Positions 59,201 through 64,000 of a stretch of 64,000 bases of DNA are shown piece after piece. Position 1 is the first letter of the stretch, and each line of letters begins with the position of its first letter. The translations under genes and the position numbers were made by a program. This DNA comes from Chrysomallon squamiferum (taxonomy: Eukaryota > Animalia > Mollusca), in contig CM022671.1 in assembly GCA_012295275.1 (NCBI GenBank), positions 20,460,001 through 20,524,000 on the forward strand, read 5' to 3'. Below the pieces are notes generated by a model that was not told where the DNA came from, ran no database searches, and saw only the letters and a program-made list of their open reading frames with translations.

Positions 59201-62176
59201 GATCAAATTCTAATTATTCATCTGTAATTCCAAATGTCTGTGCACTTATCCTGCATGTTTCTGTCACTACAGATCATTTTTGCAATACTGTAAATTCTTG
59301 TAAATTCTTTACAGATCAGTTTGATGTCTAGTTATTATATATATTTTTTTTTTTTACTAGTCTGTTAGTCCTTATGTTTTGAGTGTTTATTTTATAAGGG
59401 TAGTGGATTTATTATCATTTAATGTAAAAAAAGAATATTTTATAGACACCTTAGGGTGGACCTGAAATTTTAAATAGGGGACCAGTATTATAAGGGATGT
59501 GATTGTCCAAAGTTTAAGTGAGTATCAATGAAAAATACTGAAAAAAATAACAAAAAAAATCAACTCAAGAAACATCTGTCATGATGTAGTAGGCGGGACC
59601 TGGATGAACCACCCATTGATTTGCATATGCATGATGTAAGTTGAATGACACAGCACTTTAGCTACTTGTGCTAGTGTGATACATTTTGTATTACCTGTTA
59701 AATATGTTCCAAGTAATACTTACAGATATTTATTGATAGGTAGAACAAGTGTTTTTAGTTTTATTTTGCCTTGAGATATTTTATTGATCATTTCTAGCTC
59801 ACTTAGCAACAAGCAAAGCATATAATAACTGCTCCAAAGTCAGATTAATTATGTAAATTATGGTTTATAGCTTCTTTTTAGTGATTTTTGTCAAAACAAA
59901 ACAATTATTTTTAAATACCAGTTTTATACATGCACACACACACACACTCACACACACACACACACACACACAAAAAGACATGACTCCTTACTGAATTAAG
60001 AAATTCTAAATGACTGGCAAATAACAGTTTTGTTAGATGAATCAATGTATATGTAAACATTTCTCACCTGGATGGATAATTCTGCTAGTTATGTAGTGGT
60101 AGTAGTTGTAGTAGTAGTAATGATGATAACTGATGATGGTGATGACACTGACGAAAGTGATGATAATAATAATGATAGTAACTTTTGTATCCACCATATT
60201 ATTATTAACGTTTATACAGATTTACCATAGTATTATTAATTTTCTTACCCACCATAATAAAATTAACTTTCACACCATCTCATTATCTTTTGTATTCATC
60301 ATATTATTATTAACTTTTATATCCACCATATTATTAGTAATTTTAATATCATATTATTATTAACTTTCATACCCATCATATTAACTTTTACATCCAACAT
60401 ATTATTATTACTGTTGTTGTCGTTGCTGTTGTTGTTGTTGTTACTGAAATTATATACATATTTTTTTTGAGTGACACTGAATAGTGTTTAGACTATTTCT
60501 GACAGGCCTCTACTTGATCAAGATCCAGCAATACCAGCTCCAGGGCTGGATTGATTTTCTGCAAATGTAAGTCCCTTGCGTTTGTGCTTTATTTCTTGTT
60601 CTATGGCCCATCAATAGTTAACCTGTCCGATGTGTAGGATAGGTCCAAACCTGTGTTGGCAATAAGCTCTGTGCTCGTTGGAGATCTTGACCGGCCAGGA
60701 TTGTGTGGTATGTTATCATGCATGTCGTGTTGTCTTTATTTTTTTAGTTTTAAAGAAAAGTACAAACCAAAAAAAAAAAAATTATTTTTAGAGGCACAGT
60801 ATTGAATATTTTAATAGGTATGTGTTAATTTCTTTTTTTTATTTAGTTGTAGTTTAAGTGTAATGGTCTAGGTTTACATGCTATTTGTTTTACAAAGTCT
60901 GTTTTTTTTTTCTGGTATATAAATGTAGTTGATGTTTTTTGATGAATGTCACAGTGGGTAGACACAGAGTGTATAATGTTACTGTTACAGGGATCAGAAT
61001 GTAATTGAACCAGTAGTTGTGGATCAGGGAATTAGAGATAGATTTAGTTTACTCTTTGCCTGATATATAGCATGCAGGTTAATATCATGTAATTGGTGTT
61101 GTAAAAAATACACAGAATGTATAGATTTTTGTTTATTAATTAATGTCATTTTCTTTATTATCAATCACAAGCATGTGCACACACACAGATACACACACAT
61201 ATGCACACACACACTCTTAGAGATAAACATACCACACAGAAACTGATATATACACTTAGTTGGAAATATATTACATTTAGAAACACCCACACACATTCAC
61301 TTTACAGCCACACATATACATTCACATGCATATAATACCATATTTACATTAATAGAAACAGATATACACACATACACTATATATATATATATATATATAT
61401 GACACATTCTTCTGTGTACCTAATTATTACAGTTAAAAAAAATTACATAAAGAAACTGGAATATGTTACCTTATTATAAAAAGAGGTTGATGAAACAAAT
61501 TAACATGTAGTGGTACCTAATTAAAGTCTAAATTAGTTTTACAAAACTAATAAAAAGGCATTCAAATTTAAAATTTTATTTGAAGTAAACATTTTCAAAA
61601 ATCTCATTTTGTAATAGTTTACAATAAATAAATATATAAACAACAACAAACAAACAAATAAATAACTAAATGATTAAATATTAATGTGGTTTTTTTTTTT
61701 TTTTTTCTAAATATAGTATGACATGTTTGTATAAAACAGTATCATGTTTGGTTCTAGTTGATACCGAATTTAGATAAACACTAAAAGCCATTATGATTTG
61801 AGAACAACATTTATAATACATTGTTAATGTGAACTTAGATAACTCAAGAAGTCTTCCTTGCAGTATTTTAAAGTGGGGTCAAATGATTAAATTGTATTTT
61901 GATGTTTTTACAAAGTGTTCTGATTATTGTTTGTGTATATGTTGTTAGCATAGTTGATTAGAAATTTTAGATTCTCTAAGGTAATATTTATATGCATAAA
62001 CACATAATTGCATACATACATGCACACACCCAAACACCCACAGTCTATTTTCAAGAAGGCCTTTTGGTTGAATAGGAATTGTCAAATGTCAGGAAAAGAA
62101 TTTTGGGTAATAGTCTATATATAGACATACCCATACATACTTACATACATTCATACTTAGATGTACCACATACATT

Positions 62177-62207
<31 letters not shown>

Positions 62208-62689
62208 CACACACACACACACATACATACACCTGTATGTACATACATATGTAAATGCACACAAAAAGAAAGAATGACCTCTGATGATGTGTCACTGTAT
62301 TTTAGTTCCTGCTATACTGTAATGCAAACCAGTCTTGTACATTTGCATATATAAATATGTCCATGTAGATGTGTTGTATAGGTATCTCTGAATTACAACA
62401 TTAATGTGATTCTGACCTTGAAATACTTCGAGGAATATTTTTTTAAAGAAAACAAAATACTGAAAGGTTAAAAATTCTAAAAAGGTTTTGTAACAGTAAA
62501 AAGCTGTTGTGGTAGTGGTGGGAAAATTCACACTTTGAGCATTGACTTGTCTGATGAGCTCTCCTTGAGCAGTAAACATGATAGATTTTCTACAGCGTAA
62601 ACTGCCCTGAAAATCAATACATCAGTTCGGAATAGCCTACATAGTCACACTTCTTAAACATATTTACTTTAGACATATGCACAGGGCTG

Positions 62690-63040
62690 CAGATACTTGT
62701 TGGTTGAATACTCTGCTATTAGGAAGGCTGTTGGTTAAATAGTCCTATTTCAGGAACAGAATAATTGCTGAAAAGTCTGTATTCAGGAAGGCCTGTTGTT
62801 TGAGCAATCCACTGTGAGGAAAAGCATACTGGATGAATAGCTTGCTTTGTGAAAAACCTGTTGGCTGAATCGGCCAATTTCAGGAATAAAATATTGGCTG
62901 AATAGACTGCTTTCAGGACTGCCTTTTGGCTGAATATGAATTGTCCAATGTCAGGAAAACTATTTTGGGTAATACTCTCGATAAGGCCTGTTAGCTGAGT
63001 AGCTTGTTGTCAGAAAAGCAAGCCTGTTGGCCAAATGGCC
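62690..63040. repeat. Degenerate ~33-bp minisatellite
   Basis: About 10 units resembling GGCCTGTTGGCTGAATAGCCTGCTTTCAGGAA. A related detached copy lies at ~62040-62115. Confidence 0.75.
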
Positions 63041-63636
63041 CTGTTACATTACAGTATGGAGGCTAAAATACTTTATTATTAGCAAAGGTATAGACAGAAT
63101 TTCTTAATATTCTTCATATGATGATAATTTGTTTTATCAGAAAACAAATGAAATCTGCCTATATATGAATTTATGTAATAAAACTAGAAACTAGTTCACT
63201 ATGACATTTAATTTATTTGTAACATTATCCCAAAACAATGTTACACAGAAACTTTTAATATATCTGATTGTGATTCTGACTGTCATTTCTGAAATGCTAT
63301 CTGAAACAACAGGCAACAAGTTTTATGACTAATTTGACATCCATCATCGATTGGTGTTAGAATTGGACATGGAGGAAGGTGGTGGTCATTTTTCACCTTA
63401 TAAAATAGTTAAAAATTTAAAAAGTCTATAATAAATAATTAATGTGATTTCAGTTTTGAAGAAATTTATTTGTCTCAGTGTTAAGATGCAGAATTAAGAC
63501 ACACCATTGAAAATAGCATACAGAAGACTAGATGACAGCAAATTAAAGAAGTGCTTAAAATTTTATCGTAATGTTAAAACATAAACTCACCATCCCCATA
63601 TGCACACACACACATCATACATACATTCATACATCC

Positions 63637-63667
<31 letters not shown>

Positions 63668-64000
63668 TACACACACATATACATGTGTGTGTGTACATTA
63701 TCATTTAGATTTTTTTATTTTATTTCTACTTTATGTTTAAAAATAACATGAATGGTTTTAAAAACATAATCAGACAGGGATTAGTGTTATTCATATAGAA
63801 TATAGCATTCACATGCTATTTTTGTCAATCACAAATCTCTTCTGCGGCTTAATGTACAGATTTAGACTTGCATGTAGGGTTTATTTTACCGGCAATATTT
63901 CTGACTATTTGTAAACATCAGCAGCATCAGCAGTAATTCATAACCATGTCACAGTTTGATTTGATTCAGTACATATAGTAATCTGTAGCTTAATGTCGCC

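Noticed and set aside
62690-63040. Regularly spaced repeats as a CRISPR-like array
   Set aside because: Eukaryotic context, contiguous degenerate units without unique spacers, and no cas genes.

Overview
AT-rich, microsatellite-laden animal genomic DNA; a cephalopod/mollusc origin is an inference from composition. Read by hand, the window holds: (1) a complete spliced 6-phosphofructo-2-kinase/fructose-2,6-bisphosphatase (PFKFB) gene on the minus strand, with several candidate alternative first exons and a diverged duplicate of its penultimate exon; (2) an 18-exon nucleolin-like gene (minus) with three RRMs that hosts intronic snoRNAs (two U15/SNORD15-like, one U52-like, one U19/SNORA74-like, plus weaker candidates); (3) a single-coding-exon YOD1/OTU1 deubiquitinase (plus); (4) the 5' exons of an unidentified plus-strand gene; (5) two MITEs and several tandem repeats. 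The most striking unexplained structure is an array of covarying RNA hairpins with a shared CUG-(C/U)CG-CAG apex inside a candidate stop-containing cassette exon in nucleolin intron 1, which may be an autoregulatory splicing/NMD switch. Most entries in the ORF track are microsatellite or antisense artefacts. All identifications come from manual reading and recalled family motifs; no searches were run.
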